Part shown: piece by piece, positions 47,696 through 57,315 of the stretch
Layout of the letters: each line of letters opens with the position of its first letter
Position numbering within the stretch: position 1 is the first letter of the stretch
The notes under the pieces: generated by a model
Databases searched by the model: none
What the model saw: the letters and a program-made list of their open reading frames with translations, nothing else
Told to the model about the DNA's origin: nothing
DNA from: Planctomycetaceae bacterium
GTDB lineage: Bacteria > Planctomycetota > Planctomycetia > Planctomycetales > Planctomycetaceae
Assembly (NCBI GenBank): GCA_016795145.1
Contig: JAEUII010000128.1
Location: 8,594-72,593 of the forward strand
Length of the DNA stretch: 64,000 nucleotides
Direction: 5' to 3'
Made by a program: the position numbers and the translations under genes

Positions 47696-49152
47696 TCGCC
47701 ATCCTCATCAGTGTCGTCGTAATCATCATCATCATCGCCGAATGAAACCATGCCGGCCAGGTCGTAGTCTTCCCGATCCATGATTTCGACGGGAACCATG
47801 TCACCAACCTGCAGTTCGGCTCCTGTGACGATCACGTTCGCATCAATCTCAGGAGCATCCGCGAAGGTGCGACCGACATAAACGCCGTCGCCCAGGTCTT
47901 CGTCAATCAGCACATCCAGTTCGTAGCCGATGAACTTCTCTGCATGTTCAAACGCAATTTCCTGCTGCAGTGCCATCAGTTCATCGCGACGCGATTCTTT
48001 GACGTCTTCCGGCAGATGACCGTCCAGCTTCACGGCCGGAGTTCCCGGTTCCAGTGAATAAGTGAAGACGCCCATTCGTTCGAATCGAGTCTCTTCGACA
48101 AACTTGCGAAGCTCTTCAAACTGCTCATCAGTTTCACCCGGAAAGCCCGTGATGAACGTCGTGCGAAGAACACAGTTTGGAATGCGCTCACGCAACTTGC
48201 CGACCAGTTCTTTTGTCTGCTCGGAGTTGACTCGACGCTGCATTCTCTTCAACACTGGCGAACTAATGTGCTGCAGAGGCATGTCGAGATAAGGAAGGAT
48301 CACGGGCGATTCTGCGATCACATCAATCAACTCGTCAGAGAAGTTGATCGGGTACAGATACATCAGGCGGATCCAGTCCAGTCCGTCGACCTTCTCCAGC
48401 TCTCGCAGCAGCTGTGCCAGTCGGACTTCGCCGTACAGATCCATGCCGTAGTAGGTTGTGTCCTGAGCCACCAGGATCAATTCTCTTACGCCGTCTTCAA
48501 CCAGTTCGCGTGCTTCGTCGATGACCATTTCGATCGGCTTCGTTACGTGCTTGCCACGCATCGACGGGATCGAACAGAAGGTACAGGTTCGGTCGCAGCC
48601 TTCGGAAATCTTCAGATACGCATAATGCGATGGCGTAATGCGCAGGCGAGCCTGATCGTTGAGAGCCTTGATGGGGGCAGGGCGGAAGAGTTCACGCTGC
48701 TCACGCGTCCCGCCAACAAGTCGATCCGCCACCTTGGTGATTTCGTCACGACCGAAGACGCCGACGACATGGTCAATCTCGGGCATCTCTTTCAGAAGGC
48801 CGCCCTCGTTTTCCAGTCGCTGAGGAAGACAGCCGGCGACGATCACGCCCTTCGTCTTTCCTGCCTTCTTAAGGTCCAGCATCTCCTGAATGACCGAACG
48901 CGATTCAGCTCGTGAGCTTTCGATGAAGCCGCAGGTGTTCACAATGACGAAGTCCGCACCTTCCGGTTCGGACACAAGTGAGTAGCCGTCCAGCGACAGG
49001 GAGCCCAGCATCTTTTCGCTGTCCACCAGATTCTTCGGGCAGCCAAGGCTGACAAACGCGTACGTCCCCTTCGTAAGCCGAGGATCCAGAGGTTCTCCCT
49101 TGAGCGTCGGAGAATTGGAAGAAGAAAGGTCGATGATCGGGAGCGAAGACAT
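47692..49152 (-). CDS. rimO: Ribosomal protein S12 methylthiotransferase
   Basis: It has the MTTase N-domain (YAFVSLGCPKNLVDSE...VNTCGFI) and the radical-SAM CDRTCTFC motif. A TRAM-like C-terminus and an acidic DDDDDYDDTDEDGE tail follow. The probable start is the ATG at 49152. Confidence 0.85.
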   Translation of the reverse strand: MSSLPIIDLSSSNSPTLKGEPLDPRLTKGTYAFVSLGCPKNLVDSEKMLGSLSLDGYSLVSEPEGADFVIVNTCGFIESSRAESRSVIQEMLDLKKAGKTKGVIVAGCLPQRLENEGGLLKEMPEIDHVVGVFGRDEITKVADRLVGGTREQRELFRPAPIKALNDQARLRITPSHYAYLKISEGCDRTCTFCSIPSMRGKHVTKPIEMVIDEARELVEDGVRELILVAQDTTYYGMDLYGEVRLAQLLRELEKVDGLDWIRLMYLYPINFSDELIDVIAESPVILPYLDMPLQHISSPVLKRMQRRVNSEQTKELVGKLRERIPNCVLRTTFITGFPGETDEQFEELRKFVEETRFERMGVFTYSLEPGTPAVKLDGHLPEDVKESRRDELMALQQEIAFEHAEKFIGYELDVLIDEDLGDGVYVGRTFADAPEIDANVIVTGAELQVGDMVPVEIMDREDYDLAGMVSFGDDDDDYDDTDEDGE

Positions 49153-49464
49153 TCTGCAATTACTCGATTTCGTACGCTCGGCGCTTTGCCTGAACCGCAA
49201 AGCTCACCAAGTCTGAACAGGTCTGAACAACCACGACACATGTTCAGCCGAGGACGTTGATCCTGTGACGGCTGAAAACTCCTTCTCGTGGAGCCGCAAA
49301 GTCTACTCGGAATTCAGTTTTCGGCCACAGCCTGCTTTTGTTTTCGACCGGGATTCCGGGCGGAAATGGAAATTTCCAGATTTCCTGTAACCTTAGCGCG
49401 GGAAATCTGAATCCACTCCGGACACCATATTCAGACGTTATTCAGACGTTTCCGGAGAACTCGT

Positions 49465-52400
49465 GTGACGAATCAGCCAGCCTGCTGTCCTCAATGCCAA
49501 AAACCGCTCGCAAGCGACGCGCCGCTGGGAATTTGCCCATCGTGTCTGCTGGGTGCTGCGGCACAGGCTCCGGTTTTGCCATTCAGTCCGCCTCAGGCCG
49601 GCGCAATTTCCGGACTCGAACGTTTTCTTTCGCCGACGACGCCAAGCCAGTATCGATTTGTGCCTCCGAGTGCTCAGGATCTGGCACCGTTCTTCCCGGC
49701 CCTGGAGATTTTGGAACTGATTGGCTTCGGAGGCATGGGTGCCGTCTACAAGGCTCGTCAAATCAAGCTGGACCGACTCGTTGCCCTGAAGATCATTCGG
49801 CCCGAAGCTCAGGCCGATCCCACATTCGCTGAACGATTTAACCGCGAAGCCCGAACGCTGGCGCGACTGAGTCATCCCGGAATTGTGGCGATTCATGACT
49901 TTGGCGAAGTCTCCGGAGAAATCACCGGCGCAGCACCTTTGTACTACTTTGTGATGGAGTATGTGGATGGAACCAACCTGCGTCAGCTGCTGCGGAACCC
50001 GATGGATCCTGCTCAGGCGTTGACGGTCATTCCACAGGTTTGTGACGCCCTCCAGTATGCTCATCAGGAAGGCGTCGTTCATCGTGACATCAAGCCGGAG
50101 AACATCCTGATCGATGTTCGGGGCCGAGTCAAAATTGCGGACTTCGGACTCGCGCGAGTGGTTGTTGGCAGTGCAGAAGAATGGACGCTGACGGGAACTC
50201 ATCAGGTGATGGGCACACCGCGCTACATGGCGCCGGAACAGATGGAAGGATCCCATTCGGTCGACCATCGCGCGGATATTTATTCGCTCGGCGTTGTGTT
50301 CTATGAAATGCTGACAGGGCAAATTCCCGCCGGACATTTTGAGCCACCGTCACGGAAGGCCAAGGTTCATCCGGGACTCGACGGCATCGTCCTTCGAGCC
50401 ATGGCGCGTGAGCCTGAGCGACGCTTTCAGAGCATCAGTGAGCTGCGTGTCCAGGTCGAGAAGTTTGCCAGCGCCCCTGCGGCCTTCCGCACAGCTTCGT
50501 ACGGTTTTCATGATGACCAGACCGGCATCGCCGGGCAGAGCGATGACTCCTATGCGAACGCGTCAGGCATGTCCGCCATCATGAGCCGGGAAGCAATGGC
50601 CGCGATGCGATTTGTTGTCGGGCCGTCCACGGAAAAGGCATCGTCGCGAGCACCCCGTTTTTTAATGCTGCTGCTGGCGCTTGTTCCTTTTGCGATGCTG
50701 TTCTTTCCGTGGTTTGATGTCTATGTCACCGACGTGGAAGCCACGCGAGGGATGCCGGAACATCTCCGCGAGGTCTACAACAACGTGCCGGCCCGGCACC
50801 TGGTCCTGATGCCAATTCAGATGGCCTCGGGAATCACGTTCATTGTTTTCATGGTGTTTGTCGTCGCGCTTCAGGCCGTATCATTAGGACTGCAGCGACC
50901 AATGGTTCGCACTGCATTGCCGGGTCTGCTCTTTCTGGCCCTGGCGATTCTGTTTCTGTTGATTCACCGGTCGGAACTCCGTTACCAGTTTGTCCCGGTT
51001 TACGCTGACCCGGTGACAGGTGCAATCCCGCACAACGCCATGACATTTTCAAATGGCGAGGGGCGATCATTCCTGGGGCCGCTGACACACGAGGTTGTCT
51101 ATCGCCCTGCGTTTTTCGCAACATTTGCCTGTTGCGTGGTCCTTCTGGTCTTTTCTGCGTCAGAAGTTCGTCATGCCTTTGCCGCACTGCTACGGCGCCG
51201 CGCCGAACGGCGAGCGATGGAGGGACCGGACTCAGTGGAAACACGAGCGGGGCGGTATCTGCTGATCCTGTCAGTCCTCATCTTTATTTCCGGAGGAATC
51301 ACGTTCACGATCATTGTGGACGACGGGGATCTTAGAGATGAGGCGCTGTACTTCGTCGCAACACTACAGGTTGCATGCCTGCCCGTTACGATCTTTGCGT
51401 TGCTGGCGGGCTTCACTCTGAAGCAGCAACATGTCACCCAGACCGTCCGCATTGCATTAATTCTGTTGCTGCTCCCTCTGACACCAGCGTCTGTGATCAG
51501 CATACCAGTTGCCGCATGGTGTCTTGCCGCGCTTCGAAATCGAACTCAGCAGGTCACATCGCCGCAACAGCAAGGGCGCGATGTCCCGGCAGCGGCAGTC
51601 GTCATCCGTGACACGAAAAAGAGACTTGGCTCTGCGCTGAACAAAACTGGTGTCCTGTTAATGTTCACTGCGGCACTTTTCTTTTTGCTCTCGTTCATGG
51701 CGTCAACGGTGCAAACCATCGGCCCAGGGGAAGTGGCCGCTGCACCGGCGAAGGGTCCTCTGATGATCGTGCTGGGTTCGCTGCTGGCCACAGTGTCTCT
51801 CAGCATCTGGTCACTGATGGCGGCCACTTCGCTGCGACGCGGGACCACAAACCAGATGGCACGTCGTGTTGCCTTCGCGTACCTGCTGCCAATGACACCG
51901 GCATGGCCGATCACGTTCTTTGTCGGTCTGCATTGCCGACAACTGCTTGATGATTTGCAGAATGAAAGTCCAGGCTCCTCAGGTGAGGCCGGGGCAGAGC
52001 CCACGGCTGAATTCGCGCAAGACGCAGACCAAGGCGGCACCGGGGCGTCGTTGGCGAATACCGAACGAGTATCAAACTTGGATGACCGCTATTGGCAGCG
52101 ACGCGGCCTTCAGGCGGCCTTTGTCGTTTCGCTGCTGATGTTCCTGACGATTCGGACTGATTTTTCAACCGGCTTGTTTGAAGATGGTAAGCAGGTTTTG
52201 TCTCGCAGTCAGGTGACTCGCGTCGGTCTTCCTGAGCCGTGGTTTGTCAGCGAAACAGTTGACGACGCAAGTGGTCAAAGTACGCGTCATCAGTTTCGAT
52301 GGCTTGGTCATTCGCTCTGGATCATGGTCGCAGGACTGGTGTGTTACTTTGTCGCAGACCGGATGGCTCCAGCGGATGGAAATCGGCGAAAGCGATGGAT

Positions 52401-53928
52401 TAAGTCGCCTGCCGCAATGACGGGCCTGACACTGGTGCTCGCTACCTGGATGGCTTTCCTGAGCACCTGGTCCAGCACGTCTGGTGGAGTCCGAAACGCC
52501 CTGTTCGGAGATCCTCGCCCGGAACTTCTTCAGGCGGTGCAGAATTCGAATCAGCCTGCCGTTCAGCGTCTTTTGGAAAACGGCAATTCGGCAAACCCGC
52601 CGCTGCCAGAAGGTTTCAATAGTCCTCTCTGGTGGGCGGTTGCTGAAAATGACTCCATGATCACAGCGATGTTACTGGTGTATCAGGCCGACGTGAATTT
52701 CAGCAGCAAGGAAGGAATCACTCCGCTGATGCTGGCCGCCTGCAAGGGCGATGTGGCAACCTGTGGTTCGTTGATCAATCAGGGAGCCAGCATCAATGCT
52801 CAGGATTCCGTTTCTTCGTCTGAACAGCACACGATCCTCACAACTTCCAGCACCATCTACTGGCCGGGAGCACGAATGACGCCACTGATGCTGGCGGCAT
52901 GGTACGGTCATGAGCCTGTTGCCAAGCTGCTGCTGGAACGCGGCGCGGACCCGATGCTGCGAGATGCCTCCGGAAGAACAGCCTACGAGATCGCGGATGC
53001 TCGAAGCTTCATGAGCATCCACAATCTGATTCTGGGATCGATAAAGCCGGCCGTTGAGATTCCGGCCAGCGAGTCGACATCATTCGGACCAGCGATGCCG
53101 GAGGAAGCACTCGCCCTGATGTTTGCCAAAGCGATGATGGACGACGATCTGGACTCGGTCAAGGCCTGGAAGATGAATGGGGGCTCCGTGCAGCGAGCAA
53201 ATTCTTCGGGCCAGACCGCCCTGATGCAGGCCGCAGCCGCTGGACGTGAACGCATTGCCGCCTGGCTGATGCTGGCTGGTTCCGATCCGTTGCAGCGTGA
53301 TCCGAACGGACAGACTCCCCTGATGATCGCCGCAGCGGCCGGTCATGCGCTGACAGTAGAAATGATTCTGAGACTGGAACAGATTGGCTTCGATGAAGAG
53401 CTTCAGTTTCGTATGTCGCAGATGGCGTCGGATCTTCCCGGTGGTTTTGATTTTCAACGCTATCATTTCGACGCAGGAATCGATCAGGCAGATTTCAGCG
53501 GAGAAACTGCATGGATGAAAGCAGCTGCCGGCGGACATCTGCAGGCCTTTGAGATTCTGTCGGAAATGACGTTAGCGGAGAAACTGACGCCGGACGGCAA
53601 GAGCTGGCTGTCGATGGCCGTTGAGAACAAGCAGGAATCGTTGCTCTGTTCATTGCTCGACAAGGCCATTGCTCAAATGGAGTACATTCAGAAAGGTCAT
53701 GTTTCGTCTTCGCGAATCACTCCTGGCCTCATGTGTCTCACGGATGCCGCCAACCGCAATCCCCTGGAACGTGCAAAGGAACTCGGGCTCTCAAAGGTCG
53801 TCGAAAAGATGGAGACTTACTGCCAGCTGCTCATCAAATCGATGGATCAGCATCTGCAGGAAGTGCCAGATGACCAGTCTGCGGCAGAGGTGAAAGCAAA
53901 GTGTCTGAAGACTCTGGGGCAAAACTGA
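49465..53928 (+). CDS. Ser/Thr protein kinase with an N-terminal zinc ribbon, polytopic membrane region and C-terminal ankyrin repeats (1487 aa)
   Basis: The N-terminus is CCPQCQKPL...GICPSCLL. Kinase motifs are GFGGMGAVYKA, VALKII, HRDIKPEN, DFGLA and PRYMAPE (about 49700-50460). About 13 hydrophobic segments span about 50650-52470. Ankyrin units include TPLMLAACKGD..., TPLMLAAWYGHEPVAKLLLERGADP and GQTPLMIAAAAGH. The start is GTG. Confidence 0.9.
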   Translation: MTNQPACCPQCQKPLASDAPLGICPSCLLGAAAQAPVLPFSPPQAGAISGLERFLSPTTPSQYRFVPPSAQDLAPFFPALEILELIGFGGMGAVYKARQIKLDRLVALKIIRPEAQADPTFAERFNREARTLARLSHPGIVAIHDFGEVSGEITGAAPLYYFVMEYVDGTNLRQLLRNPMDPAQALTVIPQVCDALQYAHQEGVVHRDIKPENILIDVRGRVKIADFGLARVVVGSAEEWTLTGTHQVMGTPRYMAPEQMEGSHSVDHRADIYSLGVVFYEMLTGQIPAGHFEPPSRKAKVHPGLDGIVLRAMAREPERRFQSISELRVQVEKFASAPAAFRTASYGFHDDQTGIAGQSDDSYANASGMSAIMSREAMAAMRFVVGPSTEKASSRAPRFLMLLLALVPFAMLFFPWFDVYVTDVEATRGMPEHLREVYNNVPARHLVLMPIQMASGITFIVFMVFVVALQAVSLGLQRPMVRTALPGLLFLALAILFLLIHRSELRYQFVPVYADPVTGAIPHNAMTFSNGEGRSFLGPLTHEVVYRPAFFATFACCVVLLVFSASEVRHAFAALLRRRAERRAMEGPDSVETRAGRYLLILSVLIFISGGITFTIIVDDGDLRDEALYFVATLQVACLPVTIFALLAGFTLKQQHVTQTVRIALILLLLPLTPASVISIPVAAWCLAALRNRTQQVTSPQQQGRDVPAAAVVIRDTKKRLGSALNKTGVLLMFTAALFFLLSFMASTVQTIGPGEVAAAPAKGPLMIVLGSLLATVSLSIWSLMAATSLRRGTTNQMARRVAFAYLLPMTPAWPITFFVGLHCRQLLDDLQNESPGSSGEAGAEPTAEFAQDADQGGTGASLANTERVSNLDDRYWQRRGLQAAFVVSLLMFLTIRTDFSTGLFEDGKQVLSRSQVTRVGLPEPWFVSETVDDASGQSTRHQFRWLGHSLWIMVAGLVCYFVADRMAPADGNRRKRWIKSPAAMTGLTLVLATWMAFLSTWSSTSGGVRNALFGDPRPELLQAVQNSNQPAVQRLLENGNSANPPLPEGFNSPLWWAVAENDSMITAMLLVYQADVNFSSKEGITPLMLAACKGDVATCGSLINQGASINAQDSVSSSEQHTILTTSSTIYWPGARMTPLMLAAWYGHEPVAKLLLERGADPMLRDASGRTAYEIADARSFMSIHNLILGSIKPAVEIPASESTSFGPAMPEEALALMFAKAMMDDDLDSVKAWKMNGGSVQRANSSGQTALMQAAAAGRERIAAWLMLAGSDPLQRDPNGQTPLMIAAAAGHALTVEMILRLEQIGFDEELQFRMSQMASDLPGGFDFQRYHFDAGIDQADFSGETAWMKAAAGGHLQAFEILSEMTLAEKLTPDGKSWLSMAVENKQESLLCSLLDKAIAQMEYIQKGHVSSSRITPGLMCLTDAANRNPLERAKELGLSKVVEKMETYCQLLIKSMDQHLQEVPDDQSAAEVKAKCLKTLGQN

Positions 53929-54062
53929 AGACCAGCCTTCACTGATCAGGAAACCCGGAATTCAGGTGACTCGCCGGGATTTTAGCGAACCTTTTGCATG
54001 TGAATCGGCTCGCACAACTCATACCGTATTGCGACATCTATCAACCACCGAAGGCATTCTGC

Positions 54063-54539
54063 ATGACAATTCTCACGACGGCTCGCCTGACGCTGAAGAA
54101 CAAGACTCCAGACGAAGTTCGTGAGATGCTTGACGCGATGCCGCCAGAAGTTCGCAAGGAGGTGGCTCAGTGGTGGGTCGACCGAGCCCTGAATGCTCCG
54201 GCCCCGGATCCGTGGATTCATGGTTTTACGATCATTCGCACGGTTGACCAGCAGGCTGTCGGCTTCGGTGGTTTTAAGGGACCGCCGAATGACGAAGGTC
54301 TTGTGGAGCTGGCCTATGGGGTCGATGAAGAATTTCAGAATCAGGGCTATGCAACGGAGATGACGGAGGCTCTGACAAAATTCGCCAAAGAACATCCGTT
54401 CGTCACGATGGTGATTGCTCACACACTGCCCAGTAACGGCCCCTCGCAGCGGGTTCTGACCAAATGCGGCTTCCAGAATGTCGGTGAGCATATGGATCCG
54501 GAAGACGGGCTCGTCTGGCGCTGGGAGTCTCGAAGGTAG
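54063..54539 (+). CDS. GNAT-family N-acetyltransferase
   Basis: The N-terminus is MTILTTARLTL. VELAYGVDEEFQNQGYATE is the acetyl-CoA Q/RxxGxG/A-type motif. VLTKCGF is also present. Confidence 0.8.
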   Translation: MTILTTARLTLKNKTPDEVREMLDAMPPEVRKEVAQWWVDRALNAPAPDPWIHGFTIIRTVDQQAVGFGGFKGPPNDEGLVELAYGVDEEFQNQGYATEMTEALTKFAKEHPFVTMVIAHTLPSNGPSQRVLTKCGFQNVGEHMDPEDGLVWRWESRR

Positions 54540-54800
54540 CGGCGGATGCAAGTACAGGCCGTAGTTTCGATGCTCGTCGTCAACCACTCAATGTTCCTTC
54601 GTCATCCTCGCGCAGGCGGGGACCCAGTCGTTTCGACCGTTGATGCGATTTCCCACATCTGCAGGCCGTCAATGTTACTGTCCTGTGTGAACGGTCTTGT
54701 CCCGCGTTACTTCGAATGACTGTGTTTTCCTTCGCCGTTCGATATCCTGCCGCTCCACCAAGTTTTAAATCAATCCATAATCCCTGCTGGCAAGTCCTGC

Positions 54801-55928
54801 ATGCGTGCGCTTGAACTACTCCGCGAACTGATCGCGTTTCCGACGGTCAGTTCTGATTCGAACAGTGCAATCAGCGATCTTATTCAGGGTTGGCTGACGA
54901 ACCTGGGATTCGAAACGGAGCGAGTCGATTATCTGGATGATCGCGGTGTGCGAAAGTCCAATGTGCTTGGGCGAAAAGGACCTGCTGGCAAAGGCCTGGC
55001 CTGGTTTGGTCACACCGACGTTGTTCCGGTGAACTCGTGGAGCTTTCCCGCGGCCGGTCCATGGACGCCACACGTCGAGAACGGTCGCATCTATGGACGT
55101 GGCTCCTGCGATATGAAAGGGCCTGTCTGCTGCATGCTGGCTGCGCTTGAAGCCACACAGGACGTCGCTCTGAAGGCTCCGCTGTACTTCACCGTTACCG
55201 CAGATGAAGAAGTCGGCATGCCTGGTGCTCGCAAGGTTGTGGAATTGTCGAGGTTCTATCGCGAGATCGTGGCGACTCAAACAAACGCGATCATCGGAGA
55301 ACCCACCAGCCTCGACATCGTCTATGCTCACAAAGGCGGTCGAGCAGTCAAAGTCACGTCCGTAGGAAGGGCCGCGCATTCCAGTACCGGGTTGGGTATC
55401 AATGCCAACATGGCTTTGATTCCGTTCCTGATGGAAGTGAAGAAAATCAATGACGAAATGGAGTCACAGCCGGAATGGAGCGACGCTCGCTTCTCGCCAC
55501 CGACGCCCACTTTGAACCTTGTCATTCGCGATACAAACACCGGTCTGAATATCACTTCGGCTCAATCAGAGTGTCTGGTTTATTTTCGACCGATGCCGGG
55601 ACAGAACGCGGACGGAATGGTTGAGAGACTCCGGCAGCTTGCGGAACACATGGGGCTGAAGTTTGAGATCATTTTCTCCGGTTCGCCGCTGTTCACAGAC
55701 CCGTCGACACCATTCATCCAGGAACTGCTGCAACTGACCGGACGAACTTCGGCAAGAACCGTTGCCTATGGCACTGACGGTGCGGTGTTCACAGAACTTC
55801 GCAACATCGCCGTCTTCGGTCCCGGCGATATCGCTCAGGCTCACACGGATGATGAGTGGATCAGTCTGGAACAACTGGGAATGGGGACACAGTTGTACTG
55901 CGACGCGATCCGTCGCTGGTGCTGCTGA
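54801..55928 (+). CDS. M20-family metallohydrolase, acetylornithine deacetylase (ArgE)-like
   Basis: Motifs are LLRELIAFPTVSSDSN, FGHTDVVP, GRGSCDMKG and TADEEVG. Confidence 0.75.
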   Translation: MRALELLRELIAFPTVSSDSNSAISDLIQGWLTNLGFETERVDYLDDRGVRKSNVLGRKGPAGKGLAWFGHTDVVPVNSWSFPAAGPWTPHVENGRIYGRGSCDMKGPVCCMLAALEATQDVALKAPLYFTVTADEEVGMPGARKVVELSRFYREIVATQTNAIIGEPTSLDIVYAHKGGRAVKVTSVGRAAHSSTGLGINANMALIPFLMEVKKINDEMESQPEWSDARFSPPTPTLNLVIRDTNTGLNITSAQSECLVYFRPMPGQNADGMVERLRQLAEHMGLKFEIIFSGSPLFTDPSTPFIQELLQLTGRTSARTVAYGTDGAVFTELRNIAVFGPGDIAQAHTDDEWISLEQLGMGTQLYCDAIRRWCC

Positions 55929-55956
55929 CCGTTCTTTCGTCTTTCCCGCAGAGCGA

Positions 55957-57315
55957 CTATTGATCGAGCTGCAGACACGACAGAGTACTGCCAATTCGCA
56001 GGAACAGTGACTTACCAACAAGCGCCGGATGAGACATCACCTGGACGTTGTCGTCCGTCAGCGAAAGCCGCGACAGGATCTTTGGGGCGTCTCCTTCGGT
56101 TGAAATCAGCAGCAGCTCGCCCTCGATCGTCAGGGCCAGAAGACGGTTGGTACTGGCAATCAGACAGCCATAGCCAGTGAAGGCGTCGTCTTGCAATGCG
56201 TTGCGAGTCTTCAGATCGGCTGCGGGATCCAGTTCATACAGATCGTCCCAGATTCCATAGATTCTTCCCTGTGATTCCACGGGAGTATGAGAGTCAGGCT
56301 TCAGATCATCGTTCTGTGCATCCGGCTCCGGGTTCAGCGTTCCATCTTCGTTGAAGTGATAGATTCGAGTCCCGTTGTTCTCGGACGAAACCAGCAGCCG
56401 TTCACCCAGCACTACAGGAGTCGGCACGTTGAAGTCTCCGTGCTCCGGAGGGACAAGGGACCACAGTCTTTTTCCTGTCGCTGCGTCCCAGCCGCCCAGC
56501 GACTTTGCGTCGTAGCCGATAACTTGCTCGATCTTTCCCGTCTTCATTGAGACGAATGAAGAATATGAGGCATCGATGCCCGGTGTTGTCCAGACGTCTT
56601 CGCCTGTCTCAGGATCCAGTGCGACCAGCGACGCCTTCTTTCCGCCAGGCTGCACGATCAGGTGACCGCCGGCCATCAAAGGAGATCCGGAGTGTCCCCA
56701 GATCATATGGGGCGACTGAAAGTCCGCGGCCAGATTTCGTTGCCACAGAACGATTCCGGATTCCAGTTCCAGACAGCACAAATGACCGAACGCCCCAAGC
56801 GTGTAAACGCAGTCTTCGTGAATCAGCGGCGTTGCTCGCGGTGAGTTTCCGTAATCCAGCTTTCCCGAGACCGGGTACAGGTGCTGCCAGACCAGCGTGC
56901 CATCTTTTGCGTCGAAGCACTGAAACACGTCATGGCGGTCCAGTGCATCGCGACTACCCGTCACGACGAAACCCTTCCCCGCTGCGATGCCGCCAAGTCC
57001 GTCACCGCTCAGTTCGGCACTCCATGCGTATTCCGGAGACTTAGGAAGGCTGTCCGGCAACCAGGCAACTTTGCCGTCTCGCGATGCTCCCCGCCATCCC
57101 GTCCACTCGGCGGCCGAGTCACTCGTCTTATCATCGGGCACCAATGAACACAGGGCATACGTCCCTGAAGAAGAACGATGCCCTGTGAGATTTGAACTTG
57201 TGAGATTTGAAATCGCAGCGACGCGAACAGCGAAGGCGAGTTTCTCAGCCCTCGTCAGTCCTTTTTTTTTGAGCTGACTGAAGCAGCTGGCGCGGCAGGA
57301 GCCTCTTCCTTCCAC
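55957..57315 (-). CDS. PQQ-like (BamB-type) beta-propeller repeat protein; start undefined
   Basis: It has AEWTGWRGASRDG and repeated blades (DGTLVWQ, GIVLWQ, GEDVWT, GKRLWS). The ORF opens with GTG at 57315, overlaps the upstream gene by 61 nt, and shows no ATG or signal peptide before the propeller. Confidence 0.75.
   Translation of the reverse strand: MEGRGSCRASCFSQLKKKGLTRAEKLAFAVRVAAISNLTSSNLTGHRSSSGTYALCSLVPDDKTSDSAAEWTGWRGASRDGKVAWLPDSLPKSPEYAWSAELSGDGLGGIAAGKGFVVTGSRDALDRHDVFQCFDAKDGTLVWQHLYPVSGKLDYGNSPRATPLIHEDCVYTLGAFGHLCCLELESGIVLWQRNLAADFQSPHMIWGHSGSPLMAGGHLIVQPGGKKASLVALDPETGEDVWTTPGIDASYSSFVSMKTGKIEQVIGYDAKSLGGWDAATGKRLWSLVPPEHGDFNVPTPVVLGERLLVSSENNGTRIYHFNEDGTLNPEPDAQNDDLKPDSHTPVESQGRIYGIWDDLYELDPAADLKTRNALQDDAFTGYGCLIASTNRLLALTIEGELLLISTEGDAPKILSRLSLTDDNVQVMSHPALVGKSLFLRIGSTLSCLQLDQ
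57231..57270 (-). promoter_or_regulatory. Candidate slippage or -1 frameshift site (A9G tract plus downstream hairpin)
   Basis: The minus strand reads TCA AAA AAA AAG GAC TGA in the frame of the binding-protein gene, so A_AAA_AAG lies in the zero frame. The -1 frame is the PQQ-propeller ORF. Six nt downstream a 7-bp stem forms (CGAGGGC / GCCUUCG, one G-U pair) with a 10-nt loop. Confidence 0.3.

Noticed and set aside
57255-57315. Treating the 61-nt overlap between the SBP gene and the PQQ-propeller ORF as an ordinary gene overlap with a GTG start at 57315.
   Set aside because: This is not fully rejected but judged less likely. The GTG-initiated N-terminus has no signal peptide although the protein looks exported. 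The overlap also contains an A9G slippery tract, so the junction is reported as a finding instead.
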